In this document: positions 45,539 to 58,362 of the stretch, piece by piece
How positions within the stretch are numbered: position 1 is the stretch's first letter
Layout: every line of letters begins with the position of its first letter
NCBI RefSeq assembly: GCF_046119375.1
Contig: NW_027362762.1
Span: 194,742,001-194,806,000 of the forward strand
Length of the DNA stretch: 64,000 nt
Direction of reading: 5' to 3'
From: Phyllobates terribilis
Lineage: Eukaryota
Made by a program: the position numbers and the translations under genes
Notes under the pieces: model-generated
Database searches by the model: none
The model's input: the letters and a program-made list of their open reading frames with translations, nothing else
What the model was told of the DNA's origin: nothing

Positions 45539-47005
45539 CTCCCCTCCAGTGCCATGTCCATTTCAGCAATGTAGGCACTGGCTCTCTCAGGTATCGTGTG
45601 ACATTGGCCTCAGGGATCGCATGACCATCAGTTACCTCTTCACTCTCCCTGCTTCGGATGACTCTCCGACATCTGGAGGAAGTGAGAGAGGGTGGAACAG
45701 TGCTGGCACCAGAGGTGATTTTTAAGCGTTTTAAAAGGGTGGAAATATAGGGATTCAGAAAGAGTTGTTTGAGTACTAGACAAACCCTTTTAGAGATCCT
45801 GCATTTTCACCACTTTCCCACTCTACAGGTTGAAAGAAATACTGACCGGTTATCCTTCTGGTACACACGACAGCTTATTCTGAAGTTATTTGAAAGTGCA
45901 GCTACACTATTAAGCTGGCTCTTAAGAAAACCTTCAGGCTATGTGCACCCAGGGCATGTACAAATATTTCTGGATGGAAAATCCTCTCCTGTTATAGTAG
46001 TAATGTTATAAAGATTTCACAATCTTTTACTTGAGAAAATTCTCTGTAATTGATTTGCATGGCAGATTTGAGATTCACAGCATGCTAACTTATTTACTCT
46101 GTACAATGCTTTGTGGGTTAAAAATGTATTTTTCATAAGATAATCTATCAAATTTAACATGAGTTAAAGAATAGGTCATTGCATTTCTGATCTCTTCAAA
46201 ATGAGGACTCGTCTAGTCATGTTTTTGTAAGACAGAAGCAGCAGACCTGTTGCTGAAACCTATTAGTCCCTGGGGTACAAATTAGTTGGGTTCTTTAAGT
46301 TTGTTCAGATCACAAATTTGTATGTAAGTTGGACAAAGCCCAAAAAAAAATTAAAAATAAATAAATAAACCTCATCACTGCCCAGCGTCCGGTCCTCCTC
46401 TTCTTTCAGCTAAGTGCCGCTGACCTGGCCTCTTCAGTATGGGTTGGGACTTCTGGCCACGTCCAGGCCTCAGAGGTCACTACGTGTTGTGACATGAAGA
46501 TGTTGTATTGCGCTGTGACCTCTGAGGCCTGGACTTAGCCAGAAGTCTCAGCCCATAGTGAAGATGTCAGATGCAGTGCGCTACAGCGGAAAGCAGACCA
46601 GATGGCGGACAGAGGGGCCACTGAAGAGGTGAGCGATTTGGGTGTGCTTTTCTGTTGCATCTTGCGTTTGTAACTAGAAGATGTTCGCAAGTCAGGGACT
46701 ACCTCAATTTTGGTTCTTGTGGGTTAAGGGGGAAGATTCAGCTGATCACTAGGCTGGGTCCAATCAATAGGTGTTATAAGAGGCCCGTTAATTAATAAAT
46801 CTGAAGAGTATGTACTAATAATTTTTTAGAACACCTATGATTCCATGGTGTTGTACATGAGATGTCGCATACAAAATATAAATTGCGCTCCAGAAACTAA
46901 CAATGACAAACTGGTACAGAAATGAGAAGGCCCTGCCATTGTGGGATTAGTCTATCTACAGGGTAATGGGGAAGGAAGACAGTAGGTTAGGGAGATTGTA
47001 GTGAG

Positions 47006-47330
47006 CAGGGCTGTGGAGTCTTGAGTCTGTGTCTATTTTGGTGCAGTCGGCATCCGAGTTGGTATAAAATGGACCGACTCTACTCCTAAAATATTTAATT
47101 AATTGGGTACAGTAGCTCAATGCAGTTTGTGGGGAATATTGTTTTCATGAGAATTTGGGAAAGTTCTGAAATGTCCTATTCCTGATCTAAGGGTCTAGAC
47201 TTTTAGCTGAGATGAATCTGTGCTACAGTAAATTTATCACTTAAACATCAGCCATGTATGAAGGAGTCGTGGAGTCGGAGTCATGGAAATTGAGGAGTCA
47301 GAGGTTTGGCTTACCGACTCCACAGCCCTG
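47006..47330 (+). mobile_element. hAT-type MITE (CAGGGCTGTGGAGTC TIRs), copy 1
   Basis: Perfect 15-bp TIRs; degenerate 8-bp TSD GTAGTGAG/CTGGTGAG. Confidence 0.8.
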
Positions 47331-47396
47331 CTGGTGAGGTGGGTTATTTAAAGCAAATTTCTTCAAGAAATCTTACAGCCTGAAAGTTCCGTCTGA

Positions 47397-48228
47397 GGGT
47401 ATGTGCACACGATGCAGAAATGAAGCAGAAAATTTCTGCATCTCCTTGGCAGAAAAAACGCATGCAGATTGTGCATGCATCTTTCCTGCGGAATACATGC
47501 GGATTCACATGCGTTTCCGCATGCGGATTGACAAGCGCTTTCCAGGCGATTTTTAGCATCACCTGGAAAGTGATTGTGACAACTAGGTCACACTATATAA
47601 ATCCATGCAACCGGCATGGATTTATATAGTGTGACCCGAGAGAGTGTATATACTTACCTCCGATGGTCCGCGCTGTCGAGCTCAATCCGTTCTCCCTCGC
47701 CAGCAACTTTGAATTGAAAGACCTGCCGACGTCAGCGTCACGTGACCCGTCGCATGACTCTGACGTCAGCGCCGGTCCTTCAACTCAAGTGCCGGGAACC
47801 AAGCAGGAGCTGTGCGCGGGCCGACAGAAGGTAAATATACACTTTTTTATTTTATTTTTTTACAGCTTTTTTAATGGTACCTGGGTGTGGATGAGACTCT
47901 CCTCTCCTCCACACCCGGGTACCATCCGCACATTAGAACGCGCCAATAACACAAGTACAAATGCAGTCTTGCGGAATTGGCGCGTTCTAATGCAAGTCAA
48001 TGGCAGCGAAAACGCCGTGTTTACGCAAAATTAATTTACATGCTGCGGATTTTTGAGCGCAGCGTTTAATCTGAGGAAAAATCCGCATCATGGGCACAGC
48101 ACATGCGGATTTCAATTGGGGAACATTGCTGCCCTTCTACCATGCGTTTTTAATGAGTTTCTGTAGCGTTTACGCAACTGCAAAAACGCCGCGGAAACGC
48201 ATTAAAAACGCATCGTGTGAACTCGGCC
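47397..48228 (+). mobile_element. PIF/Harbinger-type MITE copy C, TGA TSD
   Basis: TGA-GGGTATGTGCACACGATGC...GCATCGTGTGAACTCGGCC-TGA; body homologous to copy A. Confidence 0.85.
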
Positions 48229-48259
48229 TGAAAGTTTGCAATGTGGTACATCGGCTGTA

Positions 48260-48960
48260 TTGGGGCATAGTTCCAAAGGACTGGGAATACTAAGACGTTT
48301 TGGAGGCGAGTGGGTGAGGAATGTATGTGTGATGGAGAGGAGGAAGACGGGAGATTTGTTCAGAGATATATGGAGGAAACAGATTATGGACGGCTTTGTA
48401 GGTCAACGTCAGTAGGATGAACTGGATGCGTTGGGAAATTGGGAGCCAAAGAAGGGATTTGCAGAGTAGTAGCATGGAGAAAGATGGATTTGTTGGTCAG
48501 CAGAGTTAAGGACTGACTAGAGAGTTGAGAGGGTTGGCTGGGAGGCCACAGAGGAGAATATTGCAGCAGATGATGAGGGGATGTACTAACACTTTAGTAG
48601 ATTCAAGGTTGAAGAAAGGACTGATTCTGGGCATATTGAGTTGGAGTTGGTAAGAGCTTGGATGTACAGTTGGAAGGACAAGGCAAAGGCTAGGATTACT
48701 CTAAGGCAGCGAACTTCTGGTACAAGGGAAAGCGTGAGGTTTGTCATCGGGTAGGGGAGTTAGGTGAGATGATTTCAGTTTTGTCCACATTGAGTTTTTA
48801 GGAAGTGAGAGGAGAATATGGCTGATATACCTCTCTGCTGTCCAGAATCCCAGAGTGTCTATCTGAGTGTCATCAGCGTATAGGTGGTACTGGATGCCAT
48901 GGGACTGAGTTTCCCCAGGCCAAAGGTATAGATTGAGAGGAGTAGGGGCTCCAGGAATGA
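48260..48960 (-). mobile_element. Decayed L2 LINE RT fragment
   Basis: Minus strand reads HGIQYHLYADDTQI near 48880 and LLWLPISQRIQFILLTLTYKAVHNL (48290-48475). Confidence 0.85.
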
Positions 48961-50149
48961 GATCTGTTGGGGTTTCATCACATGAATAGTGGTGTAAGCG
49001 GTCTGACTTTCCCAGTATCCGGTCTTATCTAGATTATTAACTTCCCTTTATTTCTATGCATATAACGGAAACTGCATACTTGTGGGTTTTTTGTTTGTTT
49101 TAGTGCAAATAAGGAACAGCTAATACACTGATTCTGATCACTCCTGGGCATTTTACGTCAGACCTGGTGTAGGAAAAATGTCAGTTGTGAATATGCCCTT
49201 GAGCAAAATCATGTGGCGGAGACTAGGGGCTACACGGTGTCGCGTGAGTCTGAAATCGGACTACATTGCCTCTAATGATCTCTTATGTACTATACTACTT
49301 TAATGTTTCCAAATGTCAGATTTTCTGATGCGACTTGCTTGCCGTAGACTTCAATGCAAGTCGCATGTGTCTGCAATTTGGCTTTACCCAAAATAAGGTA
49401 GTGTTAATGCGCTCTTATATTGTATTTACAGAGCACCATTAGTCCACATGCACATGTTCAGTATTTGGTCAGTATTTTACATCAGTATTTATAAGTCCAA
49501 ATCAGGAGTGGAGAAATCAGAGGAAAGTATAATTGAAACGCATCACCACTCCTGTATTTTTCACCCACTCCTGGTTTTCGCTTACAAATACTGATGTAAA
49601 ATACTCGCCAAATACTGAACATGTGCACAAGCCTTATGGCCGTTAAACCACTGCTGATTAGCTGCATGTACGTTTAATGGCCTGTATAGTCCAGCTGACC
49701 ACACATCTATGACCACAGAACGATTGTTAATAGGATCGTCCTGTGCACATAAAATACCATGTTACCAGCAGCACATTACCTGTTTACACCAGGTGATGTG
49801 CTTCCAAAAAAATACTTTAACGAAGTTTAAAAAAAATCATTGCTCCCAAAACCCAATCTGCCCTGTACTGTAATGTCAGATTGGACCTCGTGTTCACTGC
49901 GCGAGGTTCATATTCATGAATATTAATAGATTAGTTCTCATAATAGCAGAAACTGTGCCTCCTGCCTGGCAGTCTCATGTGACTAGGTCCATGATTTCCA
50001 TGTTCAGTGCCTGGTGACAGCCTGGATCAATATTTGCCGGAGTGATATAAAGCAGCTGGAGGAGTTTGTAGCTCTCCTTTTTGTGTGGTATTAACCGCTT
50101 GGCGTCTAGAAGGCAGTGAGCGTTCATTTTTAGATGTAGTTTAATTTAT

Positions 50150-50690
50150 TTTTTATTTCTATACCACCAACATATTCTGCAGTACTGTACATTAGAGGGG
50201 ACTTGTACAGACAATAGACATTACAGAATAACAACTCGGAAACCTAGAGGAGTGTGGACCCTGCTCGCAAGCTACAATCTGAGGAAATAGGGGGAGACAC
50301 AAGGTGAATGATAAAAAGTGTGTTGTAGGGTATTCACATAACTCTGCATGAACCGGTCACCAGCCAGTATGTGTAAAAGTACAGACACGGAGGGCTATTC
50401 TGTACATGGAGAGTGTGTGAATAGAAGCTACAAAGGTCCTGATTTAAAACTTTGGGTATTGGGAATTACTTGAATTGTCTTGGGTAGTGCATTCCAGAGA
50501 ATTGGTGTAGCACGTGAAGGCTCGGATTATTGAGGATGTTAGTTTTGGGTCATTAGCAGAACGGAGGGCATGGGTAGGGTGGCAATCAAACGAGGGAGGA
50601 GATGTAGGGTGGTGCTGAGCCATGGAGCGCTTTGTGGGTGAGAGTGATAATTCTTTATTGGACGGAAAACCAGTGCAATGACTGGCACAG
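50150..50690 (-). mobile_element. Decayed L2 LINE 3' fragment
   Basis: Reverse-oriented L2 tail (TTTATTT..CTATACCACCAACATATTCTGCAG..CCCTGCTCGCAAGCTACAATC) followed by RT C-terminal-like sequence. Confidence 0.65.
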
Positions 50691-50957
50691 GGTTTAAAGT
50701 GTAGTTTCTGAATAATCCAGTTTTCTTAGTTCTCCAGTTGTGCATACTTGTTGCTCAAGTCCAGCATGGCTATAACTGGGCCACAATTCTAGCAGATTGA
50801 CAGAAAGCTGCATAGAACACTTTTTTTAAGGCCCATTTTACATTTTTTTTTTTTTTTTACACTGGCCAATCTGTCAGCCTCTAACGCTAATGACTCAGCG
50901 TTCATGTTTGTATTGTGAATGGGTTGAGCGACTGATCTGTGTAGAAAAACACGCATA

Positions 50958-51967
50958 CAGTACAGACCAAAAGTTTGGACACGCCTTCTCATTTAAAGAT
51001 TTTTCTGTATTTTCATGACTATAAAAATTGCACATTCACATTGAAGGCATCAAAACTATGCATTAACACATGTGGAATTATATACTTACAAAAAAGTGTG
51101 AAACAACTGAAAATATGTCTTATATTCTAGGTTCTTCAAAGTAGCCACCTTTTGCTTTGATGACTGCTTTGCACACTCTTGGCATTCTCTTGATGAGCTT
51201 CAAGAGGTAGTCACTGGAAATGGTCTTCCAACAATCTTGAAGGAGTTCCCAGAGATGCTTAGCACTTGTTGGCCCTTTTGCCTTCACTCTGCGGTCCAGC
51301 TCACCCCAAACCATCTTGATTGGGTTCAGGTCTGGTGACTGTGGAGGCCAGGTCATCTGGTGTAGCACCTCATCACTCTCCTCCTTGGTCAAATAGCCCT
51401 TACACAGCCTGGAGGTGTGTTTGGGGTCATTGTCCTGTTGAAAAATAAATGATGGTCCAACTAAACGCAAACCGGATGGAATAGCATGCCACTGCAAGAT
51501 GCTATGGTAGCCATGCTGGTTCAGTATGCCTTCAATTTTGAATAAATCCCTAACAGTGTCACCAGCAAAGCACCCCCACACCATCACACCTCCTCCTCCA
51601 TGCTTCACGGTGGTAACCAGGCATGTAGAGTCCATCCGTTCACCTTTTCTGCGTTGCGCAAAGACACGGTGGTTGGAACCAAAGATCTCAAATTTGGACT
51701 CATCAGACCAAAGCACAGATTTCCACTGGTCTAATGTCCATTCTTTGTGTTCTTTAGCCTAAACAAGTCTCTTCTGCTTGTTGCCTGTCCTTAGCAGTGG
51801 TTTCCTAGCAGCTATTTTACCATGAAGGCCTGCTGCACAAAGTCTCCTCTTAACAGTTGTTGTAGAGATGTGTCTGCTGCTAGAACTCTGTGTGGCATTG
51901 ACCTGGTCTCTAATCTGAGCTGCTGTTAACCTGCGATTTCTGAGGCTGGTGACTCGGATAAACTTAT
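50958..51967 (-). mobile_element. 5'-truncated Tc1-like (DD34E) transposon; transposase pseudogene 51120..51716
   Basis: TA-CAGTACAGACCAAAAGTTTGGAC terminus; LWSDESKFEIF, FQQDNDPKHT, WPPQSPDLNPIKM (catalytic E replaced by K); an in-frame stop lies upstream. Confidence 0.92.
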
Positions 51968-52260
51968 CACTTGTGGGATGTGAAGACTGAACACGTACGC
52001 GTCCGATCTGTCTGATCAGTGCATGATGTTCAATGTAACGATCGCTAGTCAGCCATTTCGTTCACTGTTCTCGTCCTATGTAACCACTTGTCTAAAAGAT
52101 GAACGATGCGATTGTAATTCACGATTAGCAAATAATGTCACACTATCTGCTCGCAAACGAATAGGCTGAGTTCACACCTGTTTCCATTTTTTACAAATAT
52201 GTTGAAGTTACTCTCGTGTTATCTGTTTGCATATTTTTTTTCCCTGTTTAAAAACTGAAG

Positions 52261-52388
52261 NNNNNNNNNNNNNNNNNNNNNNNNNNNNNNNNNNNNNNNN
52301 NNNNNNNNNNNNNNNNNNNNNNNNNNNNNNNNNNNNNNNNNNNNNNNNNNNNNNNNNNNNNNNNNNNNNNNNNNNNNNNNNNNNNNNN
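52261..52388. other. Assembly gap (128 N) within cd63 intron 2
   Basis: Run of N. Confidence 1.
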
Positions 52389-53404
52389 CATAATGAATCA
52401 TGAGGGGGGGGGGGGGGGGGGGACTAGAAGACATCCAACGGATTCCCATAGAACTTGATCCCTTAAAGAAGTGGCCTATTTTATCTTTTTATTTTGAAGG
52501 CCGTAACTTCTCCATTGAGTTAGCCGTATGAGGACTTGTTTTTTTTGCAGGATGAGTTAATTTTGAAAAAAAAAAAAATGTTCCTTCAACATGAGAAATG
52601 TATTGGAAAACAAACTCCAAGTGTGTTGAAATCTGGCTATCCTTCAGTCTATGGGTGGCCAGTGAAGGAGGAGCAGGAATGGTACCAAACGAAATGTATA
52701 GGATTTTGCAGTCATAGAGCTCATTTAGACACGAGGGTTGTGGGTGTGTGGCTTTTTTTTCTTTTTTTTTATAGGTACAAGTGCTATGGGGCAGTTCATA
52801 TGTTTGTTGTTTTTTTTGTTTTGTCTATGACCTCATGTTGCCACAGATTCATTGTCCAAAATGAGCATTCTTGGGGAATTTTGAAATTGTCGTACTTCCT
52901 TGAGTTGAAGATTTGTTCCCCTTTATCAGTTTATTCAGAGGGGAACAGAGTGGATCCCTTCAAGACCACTTATATTTACCCTTAAAATAGTAGGGGAACA
53001 ACACTTCTCCCTTTTTTTTTTTTTTTTTTTTTATAGCAGGGGTCTCAAACTTTGCTTAGTCTCTGAGCATGGCCCCCAAAATGTACTACAGCTGTTACAA
53101 GGGTATATTAGGAAAATCTGAGGTCTCACGAGTGTCTCGTACTCCTTTTTTGAGATAAAAAATAAAAAACTTCTTTCATTTCTTCTAACCCTATTATATT
53201 CTCCTTATAAAGCTGCAAGTACTTGTAACCTCCTAAAGTTCAAGCTGTGAAACAAGGAAAAAGGGAATGTCTGGTTTTAGGGCATGTGACTGCAATGTAA
53301 AAAGCAATTGACCTCACAGGGCTGTGCTTTTGCCAAAGGATGAGCTCATAGTTGTGGGGTTATGTTGGTGAACTGCTGGCGTTATTTCATCAAGGACTTC
53401 TTAA

Positions 53405-53875
53405 AGGAGTGGTCTGAAATACAAATTAGTTTTCATACTAAATGCCTATCTATTTCATGCCATAATCTAGTCTATTTTCTACTATACTTATCAAAAAGAA
53501 AGAATATAGTTAATAACTCTTCATTTGAGAATCCCAGTGCATACGGGTATATTCAAACTAAAGGTGATCAGGGGTTAGAGGCTGCAGTCACGTTACTTGC
53601 AGGATCTCCGTTCGTCTTACAATGTGCGCTCTGTTGCTGGTGAGTGAGCGCGCTTTTATTGTACACATCGGTGACAGCAGGGACTAGCCCAGCCCTTGAC
53701 ATGAAGGTCACGGACTCTGCCACCTGATGATTTGTTTGAGTGTCCCAGCATGCACTGGGATTAGCGTTATCAAAAAGGAAGTTTAAAAAAAAAAAAGAAA
53801 AAAAGGAATTTTTAATGTATATTAAAATAGATTTAATTTTATGGCATAATCTAATTTTTATTTCAGACCACCCCT
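53405..53875. mobile_element. Kolobok/T2-type MITE, TTAA TSD
   Basis: TTAA-AGGAGTGGTCTGAAAT...ATTTCAGACCACCCCT-TTAA. Confidence 0.82.
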
Positions 53876-54293
53876 TTAACCTATAAATTATTGAAGGTTC
53901 TAGATGTTAAAACTTTTTCTTCCTGTAGTCCCATAGTGGTTACGACCTGTAAAATGACTACTGGACAGCTGCCTGCAGATTATGCATCACTGTCCCCACA
54001 CAACTCCATTATCGCAGTGATCTGCAATGTTTAAAGCTGTTACCTTTCTAGAGTTTATTAACCCATTCCCAACTAGGCTTTTTGTAGTGTTTTTTTTAAT
54101 ATACCATGTATGTATTATAATATAATATTTTTATTTAGACCTGGTATAGACATAGTATCTCTTATTTGGGTGTCTTCTTGAGCATCACTGCCCCTTGGCT
54201 AACACAATTGATTACATCCAAGGGGGTCCATATCTCGGGGTGGGGAAAAGTGTGGGGTCCAAAACTCATTTGAGAGAATAGAGTAATTTAGAC

Positions 54294-54558
54294 CAGGGCT
54301 GTGGAGTCTGTAAGCCAAACCTCCGACTCCCTCATACATGGCTGATGTTTAAGTGATACATTTACTGTAGCACAGATTCATCTCAGCTAAAAGTCTAGTC
54401 CCTTAGATCAGGAATAGGACAGACATTAATAAAACCTTTTACAACTTTCCCAAATTCTTATAAAAAAATATTCCCCACAAACTGCATTGAACTACTGTAC
54501 CCAATTTATTATTTTAGAAGTTGGAGTCGGTCCATTTTATATGGACTCCACAGCCCTG
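54294..54558 (-). mobile_element. hAT-type MITE (CAGGGCTGTGGAGTC TIRs), copy 2, inverted relative to copy 1
   Basis: TSD ATTTAGAC/ATTTTGAC; the internal sequence is the reverse complement of 47006-47330. Confidence 0.82.
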
Positions 54559-55587
54559 ATTTTGACCCAGCAAAAAAAGGCATTTATGGCAAGTGATGAG
54601 TCTCTTTTAAAAGAGCAAGTTGCACTCCTGAAGTGACAGATTGGTGAATGGTTTTGCTTTGTGTAGAGAGGACTTAAAGGTTTGACTCCATAACACAATA
54701 CTTGGCCTATGACTACGAACAAGTCATATGTGTGCCCTTGGTGGGTTGTTGGTAGAGCTAGGGCGTGTCGGCCTTGTATCATTAACCTCCTTTCGGATAA
54801 GGCGCTTGGTAAATATTTCTGTTTGCAGATCTTTGGGTGTTGAGCTTCTACAGTAATAATGCATGTGTCATACTCTCCTTATTAAAGGAACACTAAACCT
54901 AGAAATGTTTTAAATATATAAAAAAAAAATTGTTCTCCCTGTTAGGCTAACTTCTCATGAGTATTTGGTACGGTTTATTTCAAACATTACATGCCAAAAG
55001 AAGACAAAACGTAGCGGGAGGGGGACGACGACAATAAAAACACAACTTAATTTAGCTAATTGGTCCAGAAAATATGCAACATTAAAGACTCCTCATGAGA
55101 ACTTGACCTTAGTCTGCAGAATTTTGTGTGACTCAAAACACTTGGAATCCTACAGAGACCCACTGATCAGTTTCATCTTCGGCTTGAGATCTACCGCAGT
55201 CATGCCACATGGTCAAAGGGCTAGGCTTAAAGAAGATTTGGGGCTCTAGAGTAATCTTTTCTGTCACTCTGCAATTCGCACACGGTCATGCTCACCCTAC
55301 CCCCCCCCCCCCAAGTACCCAAGATGGTGAGAAATTTAGTCTCACCCTTTCGCTGGCCTGCCTGGGACAGAACAGTGGGCTATGTGGCCAGGTGACCTGA
55401 GTGTCCCAACCTGGGTTTCTTCATAATGTCTAAGAGTTCAGTGGTATTCACTGGAGCAGATCTGTATTCCTCTTGATGGAGCCATATATGTTCTGCTTGC
55501 TGTCCTCAAGTCTCACTGCTACAGAGGCCCTGTCCCATAAATGGTTCACAATTGTTCTTGAAGCACACATCCACAGGTCAAGTATTA

Positions 55588-56211
55588 GGGCCCCGTCACA
55601 CTAAGCGATGCAGCAGCGATCCCGACAACGATACGACCTGTCAGGGATCGTTGCTGCATCGCTAATACATCGCTGGGGAGCTGTCAAACAGGCAGGCTCA
55701 CCAACGATCAGGGGAGCAGCGATATCGTGGAAAGAATCGTTCCACGATGTCCTGCTCCCGTTACCAGCCTGCCGCAAGCAGGAGCAGGCTGGTAACTATG
55801 GTAAACATCGGGTTACTAAGTGCGCGTGTGCCCCTAGTAACCCGCTGTTTACCATGGATACCACTCTGCTACGGTGCGCGGGAGCCTCCGCGCACCGTAG
55901 CAGAGTGGTATCCATGGTAAACAGCGGGTTACTAAGTGCGCGTGTGCCCCTAGTAACCCGATGTTTACCATAGTTACCAGCCAGATCGTTGGTCCCGCTG
56001 GTCACACACAGCGATGTGTGCTGGCCAGCGGGAGGCCAACGACCAAAAAATGGTCCAGGACACTTTGCAACGATCAGCGACCTCACAGCAGGGGCCTGAT
56101 CGTTGCAAAGTGTCACACACAGCGACATCGCTGGTGAGGTCGCTGGTGAGTCACCAAAACCGTGACTCCGCAGCGATATCGCTAGCGATATCGCTATGTG
56201 AGACGGGGGCT
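55588..56211. mobile_element. PIF/Harbinger-type palindromic MITE, TTA TSD
   Basis: TTA-GGGCCCCGTCACAC...GTGAGACGGGGGCT-TTA; internal multi-hairpin 55791-55978. Confidence 0.85.
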
Positions 56212-57694
56212 TTAGTGATATTATTCCACAGGGCTCGAGTGTCCACAGCTCATCCCCCAAGATTGACTGGCAAACCCCCTACAATGGTATTCAACACATC
56301 TAACAAACATCTGTTGTTTAGAGTCCATGTATGGCAGACAACACATTGTAAGAGCTGATGTAAGATGTAGATAACAGCCATTCATCAATCACCAATATCA
56401 CCTCAAGTGATCAGCATTCAGGTGTAAATGAACAATAGTCTGTGTTCAGCAACCGAAGAAGAACACAGGTTAAAAACTCAACATAAAAATAAAGGTATAT
56501 TGCTCTTGGCCATTTGAAAGTATGTCTGGCATAATTAAGAAGAAAAGCTTGGTTGTCGGAATGATTAATAACTTTATCTTCTTGTGATCTCATGAATCTG
56601 TTGGTACTTGAGTAGCCGTAACATTAGCAGGAATGGTGATTGTGGCCTGGAATTGTCTGTAAAAGTGCAAAAGGTCATTTTGTAATAAACTTGATAAGGC
56701 CAGAAGTTTTATTTTTGTAAAATTCTCTTGATCCTGTATGAGTGGGGTCTTGTAGGTGCCAAACTGTCAGGCATGCTAGCTGTCAATCACAAATCTCTGG
56801 TGTCTGGCAGTATTCAGATGTATTAAAACCAGATTCCCCGTTTAAGTGCAGAGATGTCAGCCTGGGAGCGCTCTGTAGAGGGTGATATGTGAGCAACAAG
56901 TCACAGCAAACATAGGGTGGCTTTTTAAAGGACTTGGTGTGTGTATATAAGACACTTAACTTAATTTGGCCCCCCGACCAGACTATATACCATCCTGTCA
57001 TGTTCCCCTCTTCCTTTATCCATTACTTTACAGCCAAAATGGCGATCACACACTTGTGGATGGTGGTAAAGTCACATGACCTCAGAGTACATCACAAGAT
57101 GAAGGTAGTCCTATCTATTTAATATAGAGCCCAGTGGTCAGGGCTGCTCAGCTTCTCACACTGACAGCTGAGACCACCTGGGTTAGGGAGAGAAGCGGGT
57201 CACGAATGCTGCTTCATTCTAGAGCTGGATTTACACCGGCTGATTGTTATAAACAGCCTGACTAACAAGCAAAATGCCCATTTGTCAAATGAAGTTATTT
57301 TAACGGTCTTTAAAAATCCTCACTCACGGTCTGCACATCATCCTGTGTATAAGGAGCATGTGCTACCGAGAACAATGCTCTGTGTGCATACACCGCCTGT
57401 TACTGATCTTTCTGTGTGGATCATAAGCCCGGTCGACCGGTCTAAGCTGCCAGTTATTTCATAGCCTTTCGGCAAACAAGTAGCTGATTAGCAGTCGTTT
57501 TACTCCACACGTTAGAAGGGGGTTGTCTTTATGGATAATTACCCAGCATTCCTGAATCTTGCTCAAGTTATTGGATTTTGTCTTGTCGATATTGCAGTAG
57601 TTCAGAGATGGCCGTCAGCTGAACAGTTTTTATTCAACAGGTATTTGATATGTATGGCTGCCTTTTTAGATGTGAGGATTCTAGTCCCTTTTAT

Positions 57695-58091
57695 AGGGAA
57701 CCTATCACGTCTGGAATACTGTTTGCATGCAGATGTATTGGTAATGAGCTGGTTAATGGCATTTCAATGCTGAGTAGCTGGCTAACTGGAGCAGCGGCTG
57801 CAGGGAGAAAAGGAAGGTGTGTTCTTTCTCCAGTCGCTCGCTTCCAGTCAAAGGGAGCAGATCAGTACAGCAGCAAGTGATTACAGCTTCGCTCACTGGG
57901 TGCGAGAGGTGACTGTAAAAGCCCCCTGCACCGCCCCGGTGACTGGAAGCGAGCTGCTGTTGGGAGAACTTAATTTTCTCCCTGTAGCCACTGCACCAGT
58001 GAGCCGAGTAGACATGATTTAAATGCTTTTTACCTCCCGACTGACCTCATATCTGCAGGTGAATAGTGTTTCGGGATGTTATGAGTTCCTT
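57695..58091. mobile_element. Kolobok/T2-type MITE (degenerate)
   Basis: AGGGAACCTATCAC left end and ATGAGTTCCTT-TTAA right end. Confidence 0.5.
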
Positions 58092-58362
58092 TTAAGGGAC
58101 TGCAGGTTTATGTGTCTGTTATGCAAGAACCATTTCTATTGAGCAGTGCAAACAAAGCTGAGCTGTACTCCAGTCTGGGTGTATATTTGCTACTTAAGGC
58201 TGAAAGGAAAGGTTGGGAAATCAATTTGATGGGGCCAAGTGACTTTGTACATTGTTTGGCAATGAGTTATGCATTCATGTTTAGTAGTTGATGTATCATG
58301 TATTGTCCCTGCTATTTGACTTTTTTTTTTTTTTTTTTTTTTTTTGTCTTTTTTGCCTCCAG

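Noticed and set aside
51120-51716. 198-aa Tc1 transposase ORF as a functional or domesticated gene
   Set aside because: The catalytic E is replaced by K (SPDLNPIKM), there is an upstream in-frame stop, and the DNA-binding domain and 5' TIR are missing.
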